Of a stretch of DNA of 64,000 nt, positions 27,141 through 38,398 are shown piece after piece. The DNA comes from Vicugna vicugna (lineage: Eukaryota). The position numbers were made by a program, and so were the translations under genes. The notes below the pieces were generated by a model. The model was not told the DNA's origin and did no database searches. It saw only the letters and a program-made list of their open reading frames with translations. Every line of letters starts with the position of its first letter. Within the stretch, counting starts at the first letter, position 1. The stretch lies in NCBI GenBank assembly GCA_013265495.1, contig MU058287.1, positions 310,001 to 374,000 of the forward strand, read 5' to 3'.

Positions 27141-27651
27141 CCAGGGGACTCCAACGCCCAGCCCAGGCTCTTCAGATCTTGCAGGGCCACCTCGCCCAGA
27201 TGTCCCTTCCATGTTTGTGTGAAGGCTTGATACCACTCTCTCTCCCATTATTTTATTTTTCAAACACTGGCATGGTGTTTACCATGTGCCGGACACGGAG
27301 TGCCTAAGAAATTATTCATGTAGGTGTCAAAAGTCACCACAGAGCAGATACTGTCATCTCCATTTTACACAGGGAGACAGAACGACCTTGCCCAAGGTCA
27401 CAGAGCTAATGGTGGTAGAGCCAGCCTGTGACCTCTGGCTTCAGAGTCCACGCTCTTAACCATGACCCTATGCCCCCTGTTACAAGCAAGCTGCTGTTTT
27501 ACCACCCTGCCCAGCAGAGTGCCAGGTATGTAACTGGCCCTGGGAAGTACTTGTTGAATGAATGTTGGTGATGATCAGATGTGTATGGTGGGAGACAGAG
27601 GTTGGGGGCAGGTGTCAAAGATGACTTCCAGAACTTTCAGCTTGGATGGGA

Positions 27652-27722
27652 GGTGCAGCTATACACTGAGTTGAGGATGACGAAGTGGGTGCAGCTATAC
27701 ACTGAGTTGAGGATGACGAAGT
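27652..27722. repeat. Perfect tandem duplication, period 36 bp (2 copies)
   Basis: ggtgcagctatacactgagttgaggatgacgaagt at 27652 and again at 27688. Confidence 0.95.
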
Positions 27723-28465
27723 TATAGGGTCTGAGGATGAAATGAACATTAAAAATCTATACCAGAGACCTCCACGTGGTAGAGTGACTGGGACATCCTG
27801 ATGGGACACATCTCTTCCTACAACCTGGGCAACTGGAGCCCCAGCCATCCCTCAACAGTTTCATATCCCCCACTGCCCTGGTGAGAATAACATCAATGTG
27901 AAACTTTTTAGAACTTACCCCATAATAGCTATTAGCTTTGGACTCTAGGCATTTTTATGAGATCTTAGTTCCAGGGCTTGAGGTTTGGCAAAAAGAGCAT
28001 ATTATTCACACACAAAACAACTGCATTAAAATAGCATTAAGAGTCTGGCTTACACTGACAAAGCCTAGGAAATTCAGAATTATGGGGAAAAGCCTGTCCT
28101 GAGTTCACCCCCACCGCTAGGCTGGTGTTGCTCCTCCTGCATTAAGGGTGGAGAGTAAGGTCCCCACTGGGCAGAAGGAGCCCTACCAGGGAAACACAAC
28201 GCAGCCCAGGGGAGGGAGGAGGAGGAGGACTTGGAGGAAGGGCCATTACAGCAAGGGCCAAAGTCCTAGGGCCAGGCTCGCTCCCTGGAACCCATATAGT
28301 GATGCGGGCATGAAGCACTGGCCCCAGAAGCCACTCCCCTGATCCTGGGGCCAGGAAAAGGTGCCAGCACCAGCCTCTGGCTCCTCTGGGCTGGAGACCT
28401 TCTTATAAGCTGACAACAATGAGACATTCACACCATTGCCCCAAGGGGCAGAAGCCTCCAGTTTC

Positions 28466-28625
28466 TTTTTTCTTTTTTAAATTAAAGCATATTTTTTAAT
28501 TGAACTATAGTCAGTTTACAATGTTGTGGGTTTTTTCTTTTTTTTAATAGAAGTACTAGGAATTGAACCCAGGACCTTGCGCATGCTAAGCATGTGCTCT
28601 ACCACTGAGCTATACGCACTCCCCT
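28466..28625 (-). mobile_element. tRNA-Ala-derived SINE fused to a short L1 3' end
   Basis: SINE head at 28549-28624, then an A-tract, then the L1-type end CACAACATTGTAAACTGACTATAGTTCAATT. Flanked by gaagcctc(c/a)a(g/c)tttc at 28451-65 and 28626-40. Confidence 0.85.
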
Positions 28626-28959
28626 GAAGCCTCAACTTTCCATCCCTCTTCTGACCTCGGATGTGGGGAGAACTCAAAGGCAGGTACTCTGCTCCCCAAC
28701 TTAATTCCCATCTTTTGAAGGCATTGAGGAGAAAGAAGTTCAATAATGGGTGAACAAAAAGTGTTGGCTGTGTTTCAACACGGAAGCGTGGCTGGCTCTA
28801 GCACTGGGAGACCATTCAAGTAAATTTGAGAATTTAAATAATTTTGATTCGGGGTTGCACTGAGTGTTGGGGAAAGAAGTGAGGAAAAGAAATTCCCTCC
28901 TCTTGGCCAAAAAAAAAAAAAAAGACCTTTCTCCATTTGAGATGAGGTGGAACCGCTTG

Positions 28960-29255
28960 TTATTTATTTACCTATCTATCCAGGTTTACTGAGGTATAAT
29001 TGACAAATGAAAGTGTAAGATGTTTAAAGTATAAAACATGATAGTTTTACACACATATTGTTGTAAAAAGATCCCCCTGTGGAGTTAATTAACACATCCA
29101 TCACCTCACATATTTATCTTTTTTGCGTGTGAGAACATTTTAGTTCTACTCTCTTGGCAAATTTCAATTATACAGTATAGTGTTATCAATTACAGTGACC
29201 ATGTTCTACATTAGATCCTCAGACCTTATTCATCTTATCACTGACAGTTCGTATA
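28960..29255 (-). mobile_element. L1 3' end (L1MA8/9-like)
   Basis: tttactgaggtataattgacaaat...ttaattaacacatccatcacctcacata...tacattagatcctcagaccttattcatctta. Confidence 0.85.
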
Positions 29256-32200
29256 ATTGGCTCTTTGGATGTACTTTAGGAAGAAATTTCTGTAATTCTA
29301 GAATTTACTGGGGCATTTTGAGTAAGAACTTCCCCTAAGCTTTTGTAAATAGTGAAGTGTAATCCAAGAGCTCAAAAATGGATCAAGTTGGTTTTAAAGA
29401 CAGTGAGTGTTACCCCTAATTATAAAATACAGTCCTCGGAGAAGCTGCCTTGTTCTAGCCTTAAAGGTCTGGGATGGCAGAGATGGTGAGACACCTGTCC
29501 ATACACAAAACCCAAAGGGGTTTGTAAAGTAAAGGAAAAATGTGACATTAATTCCACAAAATTGTTGCCCTCCTCCAAAGCCTTTACATTTCTTTAACCT
29601 GTTCGTCCTCCCACTGTCTCAGTGATTAATAAATTCCTCTCTGCCCTACAACAACTATATACAGGAATATAACCAGAACGGATGGGCTCATCTGACCCTA
29701 CAATACTCCTACCCGGAAGCTACTCTTGTTATCCCAACTGATAACATAATGATGTTACATATCATTCTGATCCATAATGATGTTAAGTGATTGATCAAGG
29801 TCACACATATGTGCTGGACCTGGAATTGGAGCTCACGTGTCCTATTTCAGACACTGTCCTAACCACGTGCTGAGTGCCCACCCCACCCGCCACTACCACG
29901 TTTGACTTAAGCTGGCGTTTAACTGTCCATCCCACCCCCGGACCTGAGTTGCCTATTAAAAACAGACAATTAGAGCCATGGAGCCCATGACTCTTACAGA
30001 CATTTCCATCTTAGTTTGAGAAACTCTTTTCTTTGTTAACCTGCTGAGAGACTGAAAAAGCAATTGTGCTTGTTTCTAAATTGTTCAAAGTGGCTTGAAA
30101 AATCATGCCTTCTTGAAAGCACACAGAAGGCCCATTTCACTGAGAGGGGGATTTTATGCTACCAGCTCAAAAGCTGAGCTAGGGATAAAATGCGGGAAGA
30201 TTCCAGCTTTAGAAAATCACCTGGCATCACTTTCCCAATACGCTATAAAATGTTCATAATACGGGGGTAATCTGACTAAAAATGCATTAAAGCACAGAAC
30301 AGCTGGAAGTTGAGAGCAAGTCACTTTTGTGCCCCTCCTAACCTGTCACTTAGCAAAGCAGGGACAACTGTGGCTCTGTCATGGAGTGCTGCTATTAAAA
30401 TGTCACAGCCATGATTCTGTGACACTCCATCAGAGGGCACTGGTGATATCTCTCCTTTTTTGTTTGGAAGAGACAAGTAGGGTTGTTCAAATAAAATGAC
30501 TGGCTGAGGATGAGGGATGGAGAGGCAGCGAAAGGTAGGCTGTAACAAGTTCAGAGAGACATGCAGGACATGGTGACATCAGCAGAACCAGCAGAACCAG
30601 GCTTCTCAAAGCCAGTGACAGACAGCACTCGGACGTCTTCTGGAGCTCTAGATAATTCTGTTCTGGCTGGAATCTTTGGCCAACCATCTGGATGAGGGAA
30701 TTAACTGTGACTTCACACTACGTTTGAATGAAAAGTACAAGCATTTGACATGTTTCTTGGCCACACTTTTCAATAAAGGATGCATTTGTGTGTAGTTTTA
30801 TAGTAAAATTCTTTAGTGAGGATTCTCTTGACTTAAAACTCCTCTTTGGAGATTGAATTGTGAGCCGTTTTCACACCCACCCTATTCCACGGGCCTCTTC
30901 CTTGCACAAGCCACACATGCACATGCACAGACCCTCCATCCCAGGTGAGCACGTGCTCAGCCTGGGTATGAGCTGCTGGCCTGCACTCAGACGGGGCTAC
31001 GAGGCCCCAATGGGACCAACACAGGAAGTCTGAACCGGTCTTGTTCCCTACCTCCCAGCAAACATTTCTCCTTAATTATGCTCATTGGTTCTTTTCCTTG
31101 TTTGTTTTCTACTTGAGCTGTGAGGACTCAGGGAGGAGAAAATGGTAGAAGAAAGAAAGGCTTGGGTATGAGAAACAGGGGTGGTGAGGAATGGAGATGC
31201 TCTAGAGGGTTCCCCTGGCCCCTTTCCTTTCCATTCCTGCTTTTCGGTAGTTCAAAATCCCACAGGTGTGAACACGGTAAAATTCTCACCCTTGTTTTAT
31301 CACATCATGAAATAGCACCTCACTCTGAGGCTGGTTGAGTTATGAAATTTTAAGGTTCAGCAAATCAGGTCAGGGATGGGTGGAGGGAGATGCCTGCTGT
31401 ATGAGGTCACTGGGTTCATCCCCTGGAGCTGGTGAAGGACAAGGCCGTCACCTCATGCCCAGCTTCTCCTGAAGATGACTAAACCCACACAAACGTTTTG
31501 GTTCCATGGAAACCGCAGGCAGGCGGGCTGGCCTCTGAGCCTGGGAGGGGGAGCTGAGCAGCCCAGTTGGTTTGGCCCCACCACTGATTTCCTGTGTTGT
31601 CACTTCACACCCCACAGCGCAGTTCTGTCTTTGGAAACACTGAAGAAAAGTGTGTGTGTATCTTGTGGAAGCTCCCTGTTTAACTGGGTGGGTCAGCTCT
31701 GCTGCCGCCTAGAGGCAGGAGAAAGAACGCGATGAGGAACCCTATCACTCGCTGGCTCTGCTTCAGTGCTGAGTGGCCTCACAGGGTCCATCCTGGGCTG
31801 GGAGGTCAGCTGTGACCTCCAAAGTCCTGCAACCCGTGATACATAGGAGCAAGTGGATTTCGTGATGCCCAGCTGCCAGGGACCAGGGACATGCTGTCAT
31901 TATGGGAAAGGGTGAGACCGTTCTGATTGGACACACTCCTGTTGGGGGTTTCAGTATTATTCAGTAGACAAACAAGCCTTTGTTGTTTCTCTCAGGCAAC
32001 GAACTACCTGTCTGACGATGACAGCAGGCCCTTTCAACAGAAGAGCCAGGTGGCTTCTCATATCAGTTAATAGCGTGAGAAAAGTTTTCACAAAGGGGGT
32101 AAAAATATCACAAATTTTTATTTTCAAGTAACTGAAAATACGATTGCAAAGTACCCTTGCTTGTCCCCTCCCCGCCACCTCACACACCAAAAGATCAATA

Positions 32201-32684
32201 ACTCTTCTAGAAAAAGAGATCAGCAAATGCACACACAGGGCGCCGGGGAACATGCCTGCACCCAGGGCAAGCTGAGGAGTGCGACGGGGGCCGGAGGAGA
32301 GGCTGGAAGGAACTGTGAATCTGGCTTTAGAGGAGACAGGGCAGCGGGGCCAGCAGAGAGAGCAAGTTCCAAAGGGACAGGGACGGAAACAAGCAAGAGG
32401 GTGTGGAAAAGTCTCTGGGATCATAGAACTGTCCTTTTTCATCTCTCCAAAAGCAAATGATGTAACTCCAGCAGGAAACACAGATTTATGATGTGGTCAC
32501 ATGGTTGGGATGATTGTTCAAAGGAAATTTTTTTTTTTTTTAGTTTAGTTTGTTGTTCTGACTCTCAAAACATGAAGCACACTTTGCAGCCAACGCATGC
32601 GCCATGCCCGAGTCCACACGTGGAGCCAGCCACCTCTCTGTGCCCAGCTGGCTTCTCAGGACTGACCTAGGGCCTTGAGCAACA

Positions 32685-33110
32685 CCGGCGATGTCCCTGC
32701 TGCCTTCGAGCTTGGCCTGGGAGACGGACAGACAGCAAATGCATACACAGAGATCTGTTCTCAGAGTGACAAGTGTTTTGAGAAAAATAAAACATTCATG
32801 CAATGAAGTCATGGAGAAGGAGTGGCATTTGATAAGGGAGTTAGGAAAGACCTCTTTGAGGTTGGGGCATTTGGGCAGAGAACTCAATAAACGTCAAGAG
32901 GCAGCTAACCTTGTGGAGCTGGACATGCATGCCAGGCAGAAGGAACAGAAAGTGCACCGGCCCCAAGGAAATGAGACTGGGCTCTGGGGACAGAAAGAAG
33001 GCCAGAGTGGCCAAGAAGGAGAGTGTTCGGGAGAAAAAGTGACAGGGGAGGAGGTGGGAGGTGTGGCAGGGGCCAGAGAGAGGGGGCCTTGGAACTCAAG
33101 CAAGGAATTT
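32685..33110 (-). mobile_element. L2 fragment
   Basis: gtccctgctgccttcgagctt...ttaggaaagacctctttgagg...ccaggcagaaggaacagaaagtgcaccggccccaagg. Confidence 0.7.
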
Positions 33111-36100
33111 GTTACCTTATTGTTTCATTTTATTATCATTTTACATAACTATGGTTATAGGTACAGGAAAGCAAGGCAGGGACTTAGGTAGCGTAGGCTT
33201 CTAATTCAGCACGTAAATACATAGCGGGCTATCCCAGAAGCTCTCAGAGCACGTGGGGACGTGGGTGGATGGGTGCCTGACTGGGGATGAGAGGAGTCCT
33301 TGGGGTCTATAAAGTGGGCAGGTCCACACAGGATTATTGGGACCTTATAAGAAACTCCATATCTTGCCTTACACAGATATATTTTCACAAGTATACACCC
33401 TATACCCCGAGCATCTGAATAACATATGTATACTCCGTTTCCTAAGCATGCGTGTTGTCGTGAATGATCTTCCAATTAAAAATACAATGACTTCTACAGA
33501 TTGCATCTAGTGTTCTCAGTGGCTCGTCTAAGATTCTGTGTCTGGCAGACATGTTGCCAACACAGTCTGAAAGCGAGAGAGGGAAATCTCAGCTCTCGTC
33601 CCAAACCAGCCGCCATCCTCAGGAAGCCCCAGGACCCTCGGGAAGAACCAATCTGTCTGTTCTCATCACTGTGACAGATCAGAACCATGGGTATCCAGTC
33701 ATCATTTCACGGCCAAGATTTTGTCTCCAGGCTGTGGCTCACTCATTTCTGACAACATGTTGAAAGTGAAACACACCTCCCCATCCCTCCTCCTTCCTTT
33801 TAAAATTTATGGATTTTGCAGTTTTTGTGAAATTCTGAAGTTGCTTGAGATTTTCAGTATGAGATATCCCTTCACCCATCCGCATGCACATTGCAAGATC
33901 TAAAGGGGAGGAAAAGTATTAAACATAGATCATTTTGGGACAGAGAGAGATTTAACATTTTTAGAAAAAGGAAGAGGATTTTCAAATTCCGGCAGCCCAG
34001 CAAACGCCAACCTGGAGTGTGTCAGAATTAGCTGTATTCTCAGTTTTGTTGGCTCTGGGACCCCAGCAGAGAAGTCACTCTGTTCTCCTTTGTCTAATGG
34101 ATGCTGGTCAAGAGGTTACTGTACAGAAAAGTGGCGCCCACCACCAACCTTGCCTGCCTTGTTCCACCCAGTCAGGGCTGATGAGGGAGGCCCAGGTAAC
34201 TTGTTCTGTTGCTCTTGTCCTGATATCTGATCTCAGGATGGCACTGATGTGGTAGTCACCATTTGGCCACCTGCCACGAGTCCTGTTACTGTATAGGACT
34301 TTAAATAGAAACACACACACACACACAACTCGAAATTCTAAGCTTAGAAGACTCATTTTCTGCTTTAAATCTTTCAACGTACAATTGAGGAAATAGATCC
34401 TCAGCTGAAAGGTTAATTTTCTGAGGTAGCAACAGGACCAGGACAGGAAGTTACATTTCCTTTTGCCAGACTCATTCAGAGCCACTTTTCTATGTTATAG
34501 TCCCCCGGCTGTCTAGCTCACCGACAGCCCTCCTAGCACTCAGCCACGTGGTAGCAACGCGGTTACAGGGGACCGTGCCTCAGCACGGTCAGGGCGGAAC
34601 ACAACCTCCCAATGCCATGTGGCCCTTACCATATTTCTATTCATTCTTTTCCTTCAAATCACAGTGATTCCTAGTTGAGCTTCAACTAAACTACCCCAAA
34701 CCCTTACCTATACAAAACACATACAGGAATCAGGAAAGGCACCTTTTAGGCAAAAACAGCTCTCTTGTGGTCCACCGTAAAGATGGTGCGTGCTGAGTCC
34801 TCTCAGGCCTTGGCTGGTGTCTCAGACTCCAGTTTAATAACTTTTAACAAGCTTTTGGAGGGGTTTTCAGGTCCTAAAAGACTGGGAGCAGCAAGGAAGT
34901 AAATAGGAGGTGCTGGGTCAGGAGCTGCAGGCCAGACCTGACGGCGCTGAGGTCCTGCAAGGCAGGACACTCTACCAGCGTCCACCAAAAGCCAACATGC
35001 TATTCAAATGGATGGGCTCCCAGACCTCGAAGGGCCCTGGAACCAACTCTGCCAACAGCTCAGGACGGCGACTGATGCATAAGCTATCCCTGATTTAAAC
35101 GTCAAGAAGGTTTTATTTTATTTTTATTCATCACGCTTTGAAGAAACAGAGAAGCTCGGTACACTTTGGCAAGGCTGGCAAGACTATGATTTAACGTGGC
35201 AAAAACTGTTAAAACTGTACAGTTTGAAGGGTATAAACACACAAAACTCCTCAGCTGTGCGAGATCGCCAGCAGCTTCGCGTGGTTCAGATGCTCTTGTC
35301 GCTCCATCCTCTTCTCTTCAGCTTCCCCTGAACACCCAGCCCCGGCCAGCCCGGAAGGTCATGGGCTGACCCTCCGATTTCTACACTAAGGAGACGTTGA
35401 TCATTTTCGAAAACAGCTTCAGTTACACCTCAGTGCAAATTACAGATGACCTGGACTGTGAGCATTTTTGAGGCGATGCTCACCCCAATCCTTGCTCTAC
35501 CTACAACAGTCAGCAAATCCTGACAGGGAGGCCGAGTCCCTTACATTTTCTACACAAACCGGATACCTTCTGTGCACACTGCCCTCAATGACCTCTCCTT
35601 GAAGAGTAATTTCTTTGGCATTGGGATTTTTTTTTCCCACAACGTCCTGGACCATGCTGGTTAGACGAAGGCATTGTCACGGCTGCTTTGTTAATGTATG
35701 CATTCTTTACCCATCTCTTCCTCATAAATGAATATGTTTTTATGGTTTCTCCTTATACAAAGCAAACTGGAGAGCAAAGAATACTATTTTTAAAACAAAG
35801 ACTCTTTAAAAGAAAAAACTCTCTTCTGAGGAGAATGTTGCCCTATCCCCCCTCCCCCAAAGTTACAAAACAGGGAAATAATGGCTCAGTATAACATTAG
35901 GGGCACTGAGGTGTTCTTTTGAAGCTACTTATAGACAGGGATGTTGTTCGAACCCTGGAGTCCGAGTCACATGTCCAAGTATGTGGGAGACAATTCCATG
36001 CACAAGGGAAGGAGCGGCGGTCCTGGCCTGCGGGTGGGGGGTGGGGGGGCTCGCGGAAGGGCTGTGGACACATCAGCAACTGTTCTAAGGTCGAAGACTC

Positions 36101-36871
36101 ATCATTTGGAAAAAAAAAAAAGAGCTACCCGAGAGCGCTCCTCACTAGTGGCTGCCTACAAGCAAAACCAGTGGCCTTGGGTGGCAATCCCTAAGGTATC
36201 AGAATGAGTTAGAAAAAAATTTGGCACCGATTAATTTGGATTTCCACACCCAACTATTTCCCTATCTGGCCAACTGGTCTTTCTCCAGTTGGACTGAACA
36301 ACCCAGTTTAAAAATTAAAAACAAGTAAAGACACACACACACAAAATCCTCAACCAAAGTAGCCTTTCTTCATCAAGTAGTTGTTTCTTTCCCTACCTCC
36401 CCACCCCAAAGTGGACGCACAAAAAGCCACAGCCTAACTCGGACCATTCCCCCAGTCCTGCCAGCGCCGAGAGCTGGGCTAAAATGACCATCATAGTCAA
36501 CTGGAATTCTGAAACCAACCAATGCACTGTTTGGTGCTGTTTCTTGGAAATGGGTGAATTATTCCATGATCTAAGTGTTGACCCCTTTAGCGTGCCTTCC
36601 CAGACAGCTGTGTTCTTCGGAAAGCTGCAAGAGAACGTAGGGGAGTACAAGAACCCAAGATGACTGGGAACGATTTTCTGGCACAACAGTCAAGAAAAAA
36701 AAGTGTTTTTGAACAATACTATGCCACTTTAGCAATCTAAGTAGTTATTCTCCCTGCGGAGAGTGGACATGTCTAACACAAGCCAATTATGACTGAGTGA
36801 GCGAGCATCGAAAAGAAGTGTAAAATGAAAGACAATTTCAAACAAGTTATAAAGTTATGTTTCTGAAATTA

Positions 36872-37710
36872 AACTTCCAGTTAAACATGGTAGAGGAAGC
36901 GGGCATTTTATTTTACTCTCCTCTCTTAAAACTCACTGAAAAAAACCTCTGTCTTCACTGAAACAAAGAAATGACCACACCCCAAACAAAGCTACCGAAC
37001 ATACAGCCAAAAACTCCAAAGCCTGGACTGAGGTGGGGGAGGAGGCTGAGGACCACATCGTTAGAGCTCAGGCAAAATGCCAATTTCCCAAATGTCAGAT
37101 CTGAAAAACAAAGCCAGCATCCTTTGCAGGGCTTAAGGAAAGGTTGTGCATGCAGGGCCCTGCAAAAGGATGCCTGGCCCAGAGAAGGGGTGGCAGGCAC
37201 TAGAGTCAAGCCTCTACTCTATTCAGTAAGCAGAGCCAAATCCTTTCCCTAAATCACCAAAGGTAGCATCTGCTCACCAAGCATTAGCTGGCAAGCATCA
37301 CCCAAAGGTGATGATTCTTGTAATTCACATAGGGCCCCGTGTGGGCTAATGACATACCTGGGAAAGGAGAAAGGAGCTCCAGGAGTCCAATAGGCTATGG
37401 ATGAAGAGGAGGATGTCTGAGCAGAACCTAGTTCCACCCTCTAAAATGGCATGGAGCCAGCCCGTGTTTGACTTACCCCCTACATCTGCTGATTCCTTTC
37501 CTTGGAGACATTTCTCCTGTTTATTTTGGCCCTCCAAGAATGAGGGTGACTCTCAACACAGTCCTTTAAATAAAAAACAACCCAGTGACAGGCTTCCCTC
37601 TCTCTGACTAAGTGAGTAAAGATCAAAGGAACATAGATGAAAGCCAGTGAAGGACCTGCATCACAAGAAGACTCTCCCAATGAAACAAATTTCAGCCAGA
37701 AAGATTTCTT
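36872..37710 (+). mobile_element. Possible ancient L1M/HAL1 5'-region relic
   Basis: Starts acttccagttaaacatggtagagg, resembling the 5' ends of old L1/HAL1 elements. Confidence 0.4.
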
Positions 37711-37713
37711 GAA

Positions 37714-37759
37714 AGGAAGGAAGTAAAGGAAGGAAGGAAGGAAGGAAGGAAGGAAGGAA
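37714..37759. repeat. (GGAA)n microsatellite
   Basis: aggaaggaagtaaaggaaggaagg... Confidence 0.9.
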
Positions 37760-37771
37760 TTAAGAAATTTT

Positions 37772-38249
37772 ATGTGTTAATTTATTTGTCAATATGACTG
37801 GGCTAAGGGATGCCCAAATAGCTGGTAAAACATTATTTTTGGATGTGTCTATGAGAATGTTTCTGCAAGGGATTAGCATTTGAGTCTGTAAACTAGGTAG
37901 AGAAGATTGCCCTCACCAGCGTGGGTGGGCCTCACTCAATCTGTTGAAGGCCTGGAAGAACAAAAAGAAAGAGGAAAGAGGAATTCACTCCTTTTGCTTG
38001 AGCTGGATATCCATCTTCCCCTGCCCTTAGTGTTCCTGGTTCTTAGGACTTCAGATGTGGACTGAATTACACTGGCACTGCTCATCCTCCAGCCTGCAGA
38101 TGGCAAGTAATGGGACTTGTTGGCCTCCATAATCATGTGAGTCAACCCCTGTAATATACCTCCTCCTTTAGTTATAGCTGTAGCTAGTGAGCTATTTTTC
38201 TTTCTTTCTACTTTTTCTTTTCTTTTCTTTTCTTTTCTTTTCTTTCTTT

Positions 38250-38321
<72 letters not shown>

Positions 38322-38398
38322 TTCTTTTCTTCTCTTTCTTTTCTTCCTTTCCTTTCTCTCTTATCCTGTTGTTTGTTTCTTTGGAGAACCCTAACACA
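37772..38398 (+). mobile_element. ERVL LTR, MLT2 family
   Basis: gttaatttatttgtcaatatgactgggctaagggatgcccaaatagctggtaaaacattatt...ttctttggagaaccctaacaca. Confidence 0.9.
38195..38360. repeat. (TTTC)n/(TTTTC)n polypyrimidine microsatellite inside the MLT2
   Basis: Long run of ttct units. Confidence 0.95.

Noticed and set aside
27652..27722. 35-36-bp direct repeat of CRISPR-like length
   Set aside because: Only two abutting copies, no spacers, no cas genes, and mammalian context; it is a simple tandem duplication.
29834..29869. Two CACGTG E-boxes 30 bp apart
   Set aside because: They sit within or at the edge of a MIR relic with no other supporting evidence, so the signal is too weak.
26401..33191. 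Longer ORFs of 135-174 aa (26401, 26856, 31957, 32691)
   Set aside because: They lie in L2 relics or GC-rich non-coding DNA, several have non-ATG starts, and none shows a domain signature.
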